DNA of 64,000 nt, from NCBI RefSeq assembly GCF_963921235.1, contig NC_086105.1, positions 148,242,001 to 148,306,000 on the forward strand. The letters are read 5' to 3'. Position numbers and translations under genes: made by a program. The notes under the pieces were generated by a model, which was not told where the DNA came from, did no database searches, and saw nothing but the letters and a program-made list of their open reading frames with translations. The DNA is from Mobula hypostoma (taxonomy: Eukaryota). Of this stretch, positions 1 to 11,880 are shown piece by piece; position 1 is the first letter of the stretch; the number at the start of each line of letters is the position of its first letter.

Positions 1-1195
1 ATAATCAAAACATATAGAGAATACGAGATGAAGAGCCTTTTAAAGTGAATCTATAGGTTGTTGGAACAGTTCAGTAATGGAGCCAGTGAAGTTATCCCCA
101 CTGGTTCAGGAGACTAATGGTTGAGGGTTAATAACTGCTCCTGAACTTGGTATGGCCACACACACAAAGTATCCTTCACAAATTTTATGGAACCAGTTGT
201 TAGAGAGTAAATCATTTGTAAGTAGCATTTATATAGAGCAGAATGGGAATGCTGATCAGGTTAGGGCAGATCCAGGCTGAAAATATCTTGTCAGAAGTTG
301 CCTGAGTTATTATCCAAAGACTAGAGGAATGGGGACATACTAATATTTAAGAGATTTGCTGAGGTAGACGCAGTGTACAACAAAATTTTGGGCTTGCAGT
401 CTCATAGGATGAGTGTGGGAGCCATTTAAGACTCAAATTATGTAAATATTGGTAAATACTACTCCACAGGGCTGCAGAGTCACAGAATTCATACAAAACA
501 GATCAATACATTTCTGAGAATTAATTTGGAGATAAGGCAGCAAAATAAAGTTTAAGGTAGATCAGCCATTATTTTGTTGAATGATGATCTACTCTTACAT
601 CCATAAAGTTTCATTAAAGCAGAAATCAGTTCACAATAGAACCTTTAGATGTCACATAACAGGTGTGGAGTGAAATCCCAATGGGCCTGAAACACTAGCT
701 CGTTTCTCCCTTTGCTATTGCAGTTGCATTCACTGAACATTTCCAGCAGGATTTATTTTCAAAACATTCAGCACCATGTTCTTATTTCAATGTGAAGGAG
801 CATACAACTTAATACTTCTGAAGTTTAATTCAAATAATTATGAGACATTGCATTTTAGAATATCAAATGAAGGTAGCAATGGCAGGGCCTGGGGAATGTT
901 GTAGACAGATGGACCTAGAGTTTCAGGTACATGGTTCCCTAACAGTGGAGTCATGGTGGTAAACACAGGAGATTTTGCAGATACAGCAAATCCAGAGCAA
1001 AACATACAAAATATTGGAGGAACTCAGATATCAGGCAACATCAATGGAGAGGAATAAATAGTCGAAGAAGGGTTTTGGCTCTTCTGGCCTTCATTTGTCA
1101 GGGTAATGAGTATAAAAGTTGGGAGGTCATGATGTGGTTGTACAAGGCGCTGCTGAGACGCGTTCAGTTAGGCTCTGCTATAGGAAAGGTGTCAT

Positions 1196-1490
1196 ATAAG
1201 AACATAAGAAATAGGAGCAGGAGTCGGCCATCCGGCCCATCGAGCCTGCCCCACCATTCAATAAGATCATGGCTGATCTGTCAGCTCCATCTACCCGCCT
1301 TTTCCCCATACCCTTAATTCCCCTACTATGTAAAAATCTATCTAACTGTATCTTAAATATATTTGGTGAAGAAGCCTCAACTGCTTCCCTGGACACAGAA
1401 TTCCACAGATTCGCCACTCTCTGGGAAAAGCAGTTTCTCCTCATCTCCATCCTAAATCTTCTCCCCTGAATCTTGAGGCAATGTCCCCAA
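1196..1490 (-). mobile_element. Young 5'-truncated CR1 LINE 3' end nested in an older + strand CR1 fragment (~870-1590)
   Basis: EMRRNCFSQRVANLWNS...IFKIQLDRFL C-terminus with TTCTTATG tail; TGTCAT duplicated at 1190-1195 and 1491-1496. Confidence 0.85.
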
Positions 1491-1794
1491 TGTCATTAAA
1501 CTGGAAAGAGTGCAGAAAAAATTGGCAAGGATGTTGCCAGAACTTGAGGACTGAGTTTTAAGGAGAGGTTGGACAAGTTAGGACCTGAGTATGTATGTAC
1601 TTGAGCATACAAAAAGTCTAAGTATATAAGCTATCTTGTTTATTTATTGTTTTTACTTATTATTGGTGTTCTGTATCTTACTGCATATCGGATCTGGAGT
1701 CACAATGATTTCGCTCTCGTTTACACTTGGGGACTGGCAGGACATTGAACGACGTTGAACACGCCGATAAACCCGCCTTTGACTGTAATTGATT

Positions 1795-2330
1795 CAGCCG
1801 GGCGGAGGGGGCGCTCTTGCTCCCCACCCACTCACCTACAGGAAGTGACCTCTTACCCGAGGTGCCTATCATTGGCGGAGTGAACAGTGGCCGTGGTCAG
1901 ACGGAGCGGGAGCAGCTCGTGTCCTCCGTGAAGCAGCAGCTGAGGGGACGGTGGGGAATCCGGTGGCAGTGACAGCGGCAGAGTGAATCGAATCGCCAAG
2001 ACGATGGTGAGCGGGAGCAGGCCGTGAGGCGGCCACGGGAATCGGGGCCACACGAGGGCCTCAGGCTCGCGGTGACGCAGCCGCGTGTCGGGGCGGCCGG
2101 CACCTCCTCACCGGCCTGGGGCGCAGTGGGGGAGTGTCTGATGCTACCGGGTCTGCCGGGCGGTGCGGTGTCCCGGAGGAGTTGTCCCTTACGGGTCGGC
2201 TCGGCTCGGAGGAATTGTCCCTGTCAGGTCGGGCGGGAGGCGCGCGTGCGCGGTGGGGTGTTGTCTCGACCCGGTCCGGGGGGGGTGAGATCAGTCACGT
2301 GGCACCTCGGAGGGGAAGCAAAACTCTTCT
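1795..2330 (+). promoter_or_regulatory. CpG-island promoter and 5' region of SNU13
   Basis: CpG-rich; GC box GGGCGG ~1800, ETS motif ACAGGAAGTG 1838-1847, ATTGGCGG 1871-1878; overlaps the ATG exon. Confidence 0.75.
2004..2006 (+). CDS. SNU13: SNU13 coding exon 1 (ATG only)
   Basis: GCCAAGACG ATG|GTGAGC: Kozak-like context, donor at 2007; joins in phase 0 to TEQDVNPK. Confidence 0.88.
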
Positions 2331-2649
2331 CCCCCCTCCCCCAAACCCTCCACCCACGGCAGCAGCCCCTCCTGCAGATGCTCCTTGCTGGTTTCAGTAT
2401 GTTCATAACCGGGAAACAGGCCCTTCGGCCCCATTTACCATGCCGTTCAAGTCCTGACGAAACGTCGACTGCACCTCTTCCTATAGATGCTGCCTGGCCT
2501 GCTGCGTTCACCAGCAACTTTGATGTATGTTGCTTGAATTTCCAGCATCTGCAGAATTCCTGTGGTTTCCGTTCAAGATCCGTTTGCTTCAAGCCTTCTA
2601 AACTTTTCCTATTCGTGTTACCAGGTTCAGGAACTCAACCAATAGAAGT

Positions 2650-3195
2650 TCAAAGTACATATATGTCACCATATACTACCCTGAGATTCATTTTCTCATG
2701 GCCATAATCAATAAATCCATTATCCATAATAGATTTCATGGAAGACCACACCAACCGGGCAGGTAACCAGTGTTCAAAAGACAACAAACTCTGCTAATAC
2801 AAAAGAGAAAAAAAAAAATGTCAAGAACCTGAGTTGAGGAGTCCTTGAAAGTGAGTCCATAGGTGGTGGGAACATTTCAGTGATGGGGCAAGTGAAGTTA
2901 TCCCCACTGGTTCAGCAGCCTGACGGGTAATAACTGAGGGAACCTGGTGGTGTGAGTCCTGAGGATCCTGTACCACCTTCCTGATAGCAGCAGCGAGAAA
3001 AGAGCATGTCCTGGGTGGGAGGGGAGTAGTCCCTGGTGATGGTTGCTGCTTTCCTGCAACAGTGCTTAGTGTAGACGTGCTCACTGGTGGTAAAGGCTTT
3101 ACCCATGATGTACTGGGCCTCATCAACTAATTTCTGTAGGATTTTCCATTCAAGGGTATTGCTGTTTCCATACCAGTCTGTGATGCAGCCAGTCA
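2650..3195 (-). mobile_element. Rex1/Babar-type LINE 3' fragment; further copies at ~1-155, 4905-5455, 15180-15480, 22710-23350, 28400-28775, 29130-29530, 33800-34170, 38560-39205, 50000-50400, 55035-55550, 57730-58300, 59270-59810, 60490-60780
   Basis: Decayed TGCITxWYGN...LQKVVxxAQxIxG...HALFSLLPSGRRYRSL C-terminal region recurring in many ORF-track entries. Confidence 0.8.
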
Positions 3196-3546
3196 ATACA
3201 GGCTTTTGAACCAGAGGAGATAACTTAACTCAGCCCAACACTGAACTATTGACACACTTTCAAGAACTCTTCATCTCATGTCTGATATTTATTGCTTTTT
3301 ATTTATTACTATTTATTCTTTATGTATTTGCAAAGTTTAGTCTTTTCTACATTGGTGGTCTGTCATGTGCAGTTTTTCACAGATTCCCTTGTGTTTTTAT
3401 CTATTTACTGTGAATGTCGGCAAGAAGATGAATCTCAAAGTAGCATAGGTTGATATATATGTACTTTAGTAATGCATCTACTTTGTGTGAAGAAAAGAAA
3501 GTTCCCTCTCATGTTCTTAATTTACCAACCCAATGCAATTATACTA

Positions 3547-4387
3547 CAGGTCCACAGTCCCTTATCCGAAAACCAGAGTTTTTTCCGTGGAGTGTGGAGC
3601 GTGTCGTAACAAGGCTTGTTCGGCACGCCAACAGCTGACGTCACTCAGGTGTGACGTGGCAGCACTAACAGAGGCCGCCAGACGTCAGTTGTGGCTCAGC
3701 GCTCGTACTGGTTACACGTGCATTTGCTGTTCGCTGATATTTTGTGTTCACTGTTGACTTTGTGTTTAATTTCACTGTGAAAATGTCAAAAAGAGCTGCA
3801 GATACCCCTATGGGTAACAATGAGATTATGGCAGTTTACTCAGTTAAAGAGAGTTCGCTTAGACATAAACCTAGGTTAATGAGACAGATGACACTTGAAG
3901 AAGTCTTTAAAAATGTCGTCTGTCATAGCGCTGCTTCATAACTTGAGAATCATGTTCCTGGCCCATCAGGTACCTGTAGAGTTTTTAGCTTAGTTTGAAC
4001 CTGTATATGTCCTACAGTATTTACGTTCTACATTTACTCCAATAAGTTAAAAAGAGCACGGATCGGGAAAACCCAGAAGTTCTCTCTCCAGCACTCATTA
4101 TTTGAGCATGTANNNNNNNNNNNNNNNNNNNNNNNNNNNNNNNNNNNNNNNNNNNNNNNNNNNNNNNNNNNNNNNNNNNNNNNNNNNNNNNNNNNNNNNN
4201 NNNNNNNNNNNNNNNNNNNNNNNNNNNNNNNNNNNNNNNNNNNNNNNNNNNNNNCCAGGTCCCAAAGTCCTCCTGCACTGAGACAGGTTAATTATCAATA
4301 TAATTATTAATTTTCTGAAATCCAAAAAATTCTGAATTCCAAAATGCAACTGGCCCCAAGGATTTCGGATAAGGGATTGTGGACTTG
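3547..4387 (+). mobile_element. Non-autonomous Tigger/pogo (Tigger4-like) DNA transposon in SNU13 intron 1
   Basis: TA|CAGGTCCACAGTCCCTTATCCGAAA ... TTTCGGATAAGGGATTGTGGACTTG|TA: 25-bp TIRs with TA duplication; remnant MSKRAADTPMGN...LMRQMTLEEVFK. Confidence 0.85.
4113..4254. other. Assembly gap
   Basis: Run of N. Confidence 1.
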
Positions 4388-4599
4388 TATATTTTTTTGT
4401 ACCTTTATACACCAATATAAAGTCACCTCTTAAAGTCAAAGGAAAATGTCCTGTCCTATAATTCAGTTCCCCATGTTCTAGCAATATTTGTTAATCTTTT
4501 CTGCACTCTTTCCAGTTCACTATCACCTCTCCTATAGCAAAGCTGAACACAATTTCTCAAACTTCACCAACATAGAATATTACAGTACAGTATTGTGCT

Positions 4600-4733
4600 G
4601 GAGTTGGGAGTTTAAATTGCAGCTGTACTGGATGGTTTATAGGTAGTTGGCAGCTAGCGTCTTGGAAAAGGGACGCTAGCTGTCAACGATCTATAAACCA
4701 TCCAGTACAGCTGCAACTTCAACTCCCAACTCC
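4600..4733. repeat. Inverted repeat: 62-bp arms, 10-nt spacer
   Basis: 4600-4661 is the reverse complement of 4672-4733 with 5 mismatches. Confidence 0.95.
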
Positions 4734-5738
4734 GGTAATCACTGTCCTGACTGATGAAGGGCGGTGTCCCGAAAACCATCTCCCGATGGCCCACTACCCG
4801 GGGGTCCCTCTGTCCTACAGAGTGCACTGTGACAATCCTTCCTGGGTTTCACTTGGCACACAGCTTTATTCTCTCAATTTATCATTGCATAAATAGATCT
4901 AAAATCAAAGTACATATACAACCGTGAGATTCATTTTCTTGTGAGCACACTCAGTAAATCTATAGAATAACAACCATAACAGAATCAATGAAAGACTGTG
5001 AACTTGGGTGCTCAACCAGAGTGCAGAAAACAACTGTGCAAGTACAGAAAGAAAGGAAAATAATAATAATATACAAGTGATATCAAGAACATGAGATGGA
5101 GTACTTGACAGTGAGTCCATTGGTTGTGGGAGCATTTCAATGAAGGCAAGTGAAGTTATCCCCTTTAGTTCAGGATGGTTGAGGGGTAATAACTGTTCTT
5201 GAACCTGATGATGTGAGTCCTGAGGCTCCTGTACCCCATTCCTGATGGCAGCAACAAGAAGAGAGCATGACCTGGCTGGTGGTGTGGGTCCCTGGTGATG
5301 GATTCTGCTGTCCTGAGACAATGCTCCATGTAGATGTGCTCAGTGGTGGGGAGGGCTTTACCCGTGATAGACTGGGCTGTGTCCACTACTTTTGAGGATC
5401 TTCTGTTCAGGGGCATTGATGTTCGACAGCAGGCTGTCAGTCAGCTTACTCAATTGTGGATCATTTTCTGTTACTGAAAACCAAATCCAATTCTGAACAA
5501 TCGCTGAAGATTGTATTGCTGCTTTGAAGACAACGTTCATTTCATTCTCTTTTACACTCCTGTATTGAAGAATGGCAATGAACAATCTTGAAAACCTGTG
5601 ATTTTAGGGATTGGACTGTATGGAGTTTAGCTTGGTTCTTCCAATGGAATTGATACTTTGAATTTTTAAAATACCTTTTTGTGAGGATGATTAAATGCCG
5701 GGCTTTCCAAATACACACTGTTGTTCTCTGTATTGCAG

Positions 5739-5859
5739 ACAGAACAGGACGTTAATCCAAAGGCTTACCCCCTTGCTGACGCTCAGCTGACAAAGACCAT
5801 CTTAGATCTTGTTCAGCAAGCAACCAACTACAAGCAGCTTCGCAAGGGAGCCAATGAAG
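5739..5859 (+). CDS. SNU13: SNU13 coding exon 2
   Basis: tattgcag|ACAGAACAG...AATGAAG|gtactt; 121 nt; [40 protein letters not shown]. Confidence 0.97.
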
Positions 5860-7127
5860 GTACTTTTGGTTTCTGGGGTATGATATTGGAGGGGAGGCAA
5901 GTGTCCACTCAGAATTTAAGGTGTTACTTTCTACAGTGTTTAATGGTAATCGGGAGGGAAAATGGGTTTAACACAGGTAAAGACGTCTGGGTACTAATAA
6001 AGGGGCTCCACTGGAAATGTTGACTGTCATTTTCTGCAGGGATGCTGCCTGGATAAGGATACAGCAGGGAACAGGCCCTTCTGCTCCAAGAGCTGCACCA
6101 CACGGCAACCTATAACCCTAGCCTAATCACAGGACAATTTACAATGACCAGCTAACCTGCTAACCCATACGAGTGTGGGAGGAAACTCGTGCACTCCATG
6201 GGAAGAACGACCAAACTCTTACAGACAATGTTGGAATTGACCTCCAGCTCCCTGAGCTGTAATCGTGTTGTGCTAACCGCTGCACTGCCATGGCGCCGGT
6301 AGAGTTCTGAACTCATAGAACAGAACAGAAACGGGCATGCTAAACTGAGAGTCTAAACAGCCCCATCGACCAAAGCCCTCCACACCCCTCCTGTCCGTGT
6401 ACTTACAGTATGCTTAAATAAATAAACATTGAGATTGAACCTGCATCCATGACGTCTTCTGGCAGCTCATTGCACGTACCACCTTCTGAGTGAAGAAATT
6501 CTCTCTCAGGTGCCCCTTAAATATTTAATCTTTCACTCTTAACCCACGACCTCTAGTTGTCTCACCCAGCCTCAGTGGAAAATGCCTGCTTGCGTTTATC
6601 CTAACAATACCCCTCATAATTTTGTCTGCCTCTATCAAATCTCCCCTCATTCTCCTGCGCTCCAGGGAATAAAGTCCTTTCCCTGTGACTTAGATCTTCA
6701 CCGGTCTGTTTTCACTCCAGATTCCTGCACCCTGCAGCCTCTCGTGTCTCTGAAGACATCTTTTAACATTTGCTCAGATAAAGATGAGCTTTACTTTTCA
6801 TATGTACAATACATGGAAACGTACTGTGAAATAGATTTTGTTGAATCAGATTAGCAAACACTGTGCTGAGGGCAGCTCGGAAGTGTCGCCATGTTTCTGT
6901 TGCCAACAGAACATATCCACAACTTACTAACTCTAATCCATACCGCTGTGGGAGGAAATCGTAGTACCAGGAGGAAACGCGCGTGGTCACAGGGAGAACA
7001 TACAAACAGCGGTGGGAATCGAACCCTTGTTGCTGGCACTGTAAAGTGACTGAGCTCTCCGTTATGTTACTGTTCTGCCCACTACAGTGTTGAGTTTTTA
7101 AACCAACCTTTTTCCTGCCATGGAAAC

Positions 7128-8690
7128 AGAAACATAGAAAACCTACAGCACAATACAGGCCCATCAGCCCAAGATGCTGTACTGAACATGTACTTACTTA
7201 GAAATTACTTAAGGTTCCCCATAGCCCTCTATTTTTCTAAGCTCCATGTACCTATCCAAGAGTCTCTAAAAAGACCCTATCGTATCCACTCCACCACCAT
7301 CGTCGGCAGCCCATTCCACACTCTCACTACTCTCTGCTTAAAAAAAACTTAACCCTGACATCTCCTCTGTACCCCCCTCGTGTTTGCCATTTCAGCCCTG
7401 GGAAAAAGCCTCTGACTATCCACATGATCAATGCCTCTCATCATCTTCTACACCTCTATCAGGTCACCTCTCATTCTCCACTGCTCTAAGGAGAAAAGGG
7501 GCTCAGTTCACTCAACCTATTCTCATAAGGCATGCTCCCCAATCCAGGCAGCATCCTAAAGTTTCCATATCTTTCCTGTAGCGAGGTGACCAGAACTGAG
7601 CACAGTACTCCAAGTGGGGTCTGACCAGGGTCCTATATAGCTGTAACATTACCTCTTGGCTTTAAACACAATCCCACAATTGATGAAGGCCAATGCACCG
7701 TATGTCTTCTTAACTACAGAGTCAAACTGCGCAGCAGCTTTGAGTGTCCTATGGTCTCAGACCCCAAGATCCCTCTGATCCTCTACACTGAAGAATCTTA
7801 CCATGAATACTATATTTTTGCCATCATATTTGATCTACCAAAATGAACCACCTCACACATATCTGGGTTGAACTCCAACTGCCACTTCTCAGCCCAGTTC
7901 TGCATCCTATTGATGTCGCACTGTAACCTCTGACAGCCCTCCACACTATCCACAACACCCCCAACCTTTGTGTCATCAGCAAATTTACTAACCCAACCCT
8001 CCACTTCCTCATCCAGGTCATTCATAAAAAATCATAAAGACAGGGGGTCCCAGAACAGATCCCTGAGGCACACCACTGGTCACTGACTTCCATGCAGAAT
8101 ATGACCCATCTACAACCACTCTTTGCCTTCTGTGGGCAAGTCAGTTCTGGATCCACAAAGCAATGTCGCCTTGGATCCCATGCCTCCTTATTTTCTCAAT
8201 AAGCCTTGCATGGGGCACCTTATCAAATGCCTTGCTGAAATCCATATACACTACATCTACAGCTCTAATGTGTTTAGTCACATCCTCAAAAAATTCAATC
8301 AGGCTCGTAAGGCATGACCTGCCCTTGACAAAGCCATGCTGACTATTCTTAATCATATTATGCCTCTCCAAATGTTCATAAATCCTGCCTCTTCCATCAA
8401 CTTACCAATCACTGAAGTAAGACTCGCTGGTCTATAATTTTCTGGGCTATCTCTACTCCCTTTCTTGAATAAGGGAACAACATCTGCAACCCTCCAATGC
8501 TCCGGAACCTCTCCCGTCCCCATTGATGATGCAAAGATCATCTCCAGATGCTCAGCAATCTCCTCCCTCGCCTCCCACAGGAGCCTGGGGTACGTCTCAT
8601 CCAGTCCTGGTGACTTACCCAATTTGATGCTTTCCAAAAGCTCCAGCACATCCTCTTTCTTAATGTCTACATGCTCAAGTATTTCAATCT
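7128..8690 (-). mobile_element. 5'-truncated CR1 LINE (RT domain and 3' tail) in SNU13 intron 2
   Basis: KSPGLD..YPRLL, NYRPASLTS, QHGFVKGRSCLT, YMDFSKAFDKVPH, SKFADDTK; frameshifted. Confidence 0.93.
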
Positions 8691-9058
8691 TAATATCTAT
8701 ATGCTAAAGCAAGGGAGTTGTGGACTGCAGGTGATTTTACTGAATTGCAGCCAGCAGAGTAGGTCAGATGGGTGTTCTGGTTCTGTTCTCTGGGGAGTGG
8801 ACACTTTGGGTAAGAGGAAGGTGTGGCAGCTGTGTCTCCCACAGTGGGAGATGGGATGGGGTGGTGTGTGAAATCTGTCCATCTGTCTCCCATTTGGATG
8901 CAGATTCTGGAGAGGGGAGGAATCAGTGAACTCAAAATGATAGAAGAGATGGTCTTCTACTGGGGAGGTTAACATGGGGTGGGGGGAACGGGGGAGGAAA
9001 GATCACACATGGTGAGAGCTGCCCTTACCACCATGTATCTGATTCACTTTCTTTCCAG

Positions 9059-9321
9059 CCACCAAGACACTGAACAGAGGAATTGCTGAGTTTATCGTGA
9101 TGGCGGCGGATGCCGAGCCCCTGGAGATTATCCTTCATTTACCCCTTCTCTGTGAGGACAAGAATGTGCCTTACGTTTTTGTAAGGTCCAAGCAGGCTCT
9201 GGGGCGAGCTTGCGGAGTGTGTCGGCCTGTCATTGCATCTTCGGTCACCATAAAGGAAGGCTCTCAGCTGAAGCCTCAGATTCAGTCTGTGCAACAGGCT
9301 GTGGAACGACTCCTGGTGTGA
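9059..9321 (+). CDS. SNU13: SNU13 coding exon 3 (15.5K/NHP2-like protein 1, L7Ae-family K-turn binding protein); spliced CDS 387 nt = 128 aa
   Basis: ctttccag|CC ACC AAG; [87 protein letters not shown]. Confidence 0.98.
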
Positions 9322-9435
9322 CTTGCTGAAAGTAGGGTATTCAAAGCTGAACTGATTGTGGTGTCTGTCCTTAAACGGCTCTAGATTGTAGTGCTAAGAT
9401 AATGTATGCATTTTTTATGTTCTTTGGTTTTCTTA

Positions 9436-9441
9436 AATAAA
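9436..9441 (+). terminator. Polyadenylation signal of SNU13
   Basis: AATAAA 115 nt after the stop, preceded by a T-rich tract. Confidence 0.7.
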
Positions 9442-9484
9442 GTGCTCGTCAGAAGACTTGTACTCATCTTTCAAAAACAATGCA

Positions 9485-10045
9485 CTCTAGTTAATGTGGG
9501 ACCAGTACACTTCGGCCCAATTGAACCTATTAACTGAAGTTTCATGGAAATGGTTAAAAAGGGATTAAAAAAGGAACTTTAACTGAGTAATGAATTATGC
9601 ATTTAACTGAAATGGAGAACAAATTAATCACTAGCATTATCACTACAGTACTATAAAGTTGTATTAGTTCCCAATAGTTGTCAGTGGAGAAATTAATCCA
9701 ATGTTTGCTGTGAACAATAGGCACAGGCACCTAGTGCAGATAATGGACTTAAGTTAAAATGAATAACAAAATTATCAAAAAATACACTGATTTTGAATCT
9801 GTGTCTTTCTGCCCAAATGAATTATATAAACACATGCAACTGGTGCCATTTTACAAACTGTTTGCTCCAAGCACAGTGCAGTGTCCAATGGCCACTAGTT
9901 AGAAATCTCGGCAACAGTCTCCTGCCCCAATTAAACGGTGTAGTGTCCCAAATAACTGAAGGAAATTGCAGCTATTTTCTCAATTAGTTTTTGTTCTTTG
10001 TTGTCTCCAATAAGCAGCTGCCCGGATTAAATGGGATCCACCATA
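9485..10045. mobile_element. Degenerate non-autonomous Tc1/pogo-type DNA element just 3' of SNU13
   Basis: Repeated CCCAATTAA/CCCAAATAA subterminal motifs and an end ...GGATTAAATGGGATCCACCA. Confidence 0.45.
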
Positions 10046-11179
10046 CTGCCTACTGTGCAAAGTACTGACTTCAGCTGAAGTATGGGAATCAGAAGGCTGT
10101 TCAGCCCTCTGGAGCCTGTACTATCATTCAACAAGATTGTGCCAGATGAGATCTCAGCCCCATGTCCTTATCCTCTACCCCATGATGCTCAACACCGGCT
10201 AAATCAGTTGAACTGCTGCAGTGTTGTGGTGGGAATGGAATCCTGACGTTAAAGCTGGCACTGCACTACCGTGGTGAGAATTGGTAGAATTGACCATCAG
10301 AATGTTCAGGCAAAGGGTTCAGAATATGAAACAACTGTTTCTCTCTCCACAGGTGCTGCCTGACCTCTCACATCTCTTAACGTTCTGGTTTTGTGTTTCA
10401 ACATCTGCAATATTCGTGTTTATTAGACTAGGAACTGCCACTGGCAAAATCCAAATACACATTTGGGTGCTAAAACCAGTCTTTCTTACATTCTAATAAC
10501 AGAAAAAACTAAAAACCCACCCTTCCTCACTTACCAGACTTTCATCAATTAAATTTCCTAGTTATAGTCACTTTATAGACCTCAATTTTATTTATTTTTA
10601 AATTTAGAGATACAGTACAGTAACAGGCCCCATTGAGCCTGTTAATTGTGGGAGGAAACCCATGGGGTCACAGGGAGAACATACTCTTAACAATGTTATA
10701 CTGATGGCTTATAATACTGTGCTGGCCCTCTTGAATATAATTTACCTTGTCCCAAAGAAAACTCCAGCTTACACAGGTAACTATAAATCTCCAGCCCTTG
10801 CAATATACACCCCTCCACACCAGTCAAGTTCAAGATTAATTGTCAATCATACACATGAATACAGCCAAACGAAACAGTGTTCGTCTTCAATCACCTTCAG
10901 CATGTTAGCTATAACAGTCACAGGTCATGTTCCAGTTTGAATGTATTCACCTGGCTATTCTCTTACACACTTAACAAAGGCAGCGATTCCAAATGCTTCC
11001 TTATTTAATGTTCCCAACCTCGGGGATTTGCAGACATGCATCACACAGTTCCCCTCTTCCTCTTATTTATAATACATAATTAATATTCTGTTATCACTGA
11101 GAACATTTGTTTTGCAAAATGCAAAGAATTGACACTTAAAAACATGTTTAAACGGAGAAGTGAGAGAACAAAAAGGTGT

Positions 11180-11880
11180 GTAATCATGCACTTTGGTAAA
11201 AAGAATAAAGGTGTGAACTATTTTCTAAATAGGAGAGTGAATTCAGAAAACAGGTACAAAGGGAATAGGGAGGTGCAGGATTCCCTAAAGCTAACTTGCA
11301 GGTTGAATCTGTGGTGAGGAAGGCAAAAGCAATGGTAGCATTGATTTTGAGAGGACTAGAATATAAAAGCAAGGATGTAATGTTGAGACTTTATAAGATG
11401 TTGGTCAGACTGCACTTGGAGTATTGTGAGCAGTTTTGGGACCTATACAGTATACAAGAAATATGTGCTGGCATTGGAGAGGGTCCAGAGGTGGTTCAGA
11501 AAATAATCCCAGGAATAAAGATGTTAATGTATGAGAAGTTGTAAGCTTGTACTTGCTGGAGTTTAGAATTGAGTGTGGATCTCATTGAAACTTGCACAAA
11601 AAATTGGAAGGCTGAGAGAGAGTGGGTATGCAGAAGACGTTTCCAATAGTGGGGGAGTCTTGGACCAGCAGGTACAGACTCAGAATTGAGGGACATCCCT
11701 TTAGAACGGAGATGAGGAGGAATCTTTTTCGCCAGAGAGTGGTAAATCTCTGGAATTCTTTGCCAGAGGTGGCTGTGAAGGCCAAGTCATTGGGTATATT
11801 TAAAGTGGAGGTTAATAGGTTCTTGATTAGTTGGGGTGTCAAAGGTTATGGACAGTATGAAGGAGAATGGAATTGAACAC
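11180..11880 (+). mobile_element. CR1 LINE 3' fragment; similar fragments at ~18610-19060, 23590-24200, 27590-27890, 30340-30665, 31650-32215, 33150-33620, 35590-36140, 56215-56670, 62450-62980, 63470-63785
   Basis: LEYKSKDVMLRLYKMLVRLHLEYCEQFW; FRTEMRRNLFRQRVVNLWNSLP. Confidence 0.85.

Noticed and set aside
2024-2707. 227-aa ORF after the SNU13 start
   Set aside because: CpG-island and repeat sequence in intron 1; non-ATG start and no homology.
8751-8809. Possible 59-nt frameshifting cassette exon in SNU13 intron 2 (ttgcag ... GG|gtaaga)
   Set aside because: Weak pyrimidine tract, no K-turn motif found for autoregulation, and the stop would fall in the last exon.
2007-9058. Intronic snoRNA in SNU13
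   Set aside because: No convincing box C/D pair with terminal stem or H/ACA structure by eye; an Infernal/Rfam scan would be decisive.
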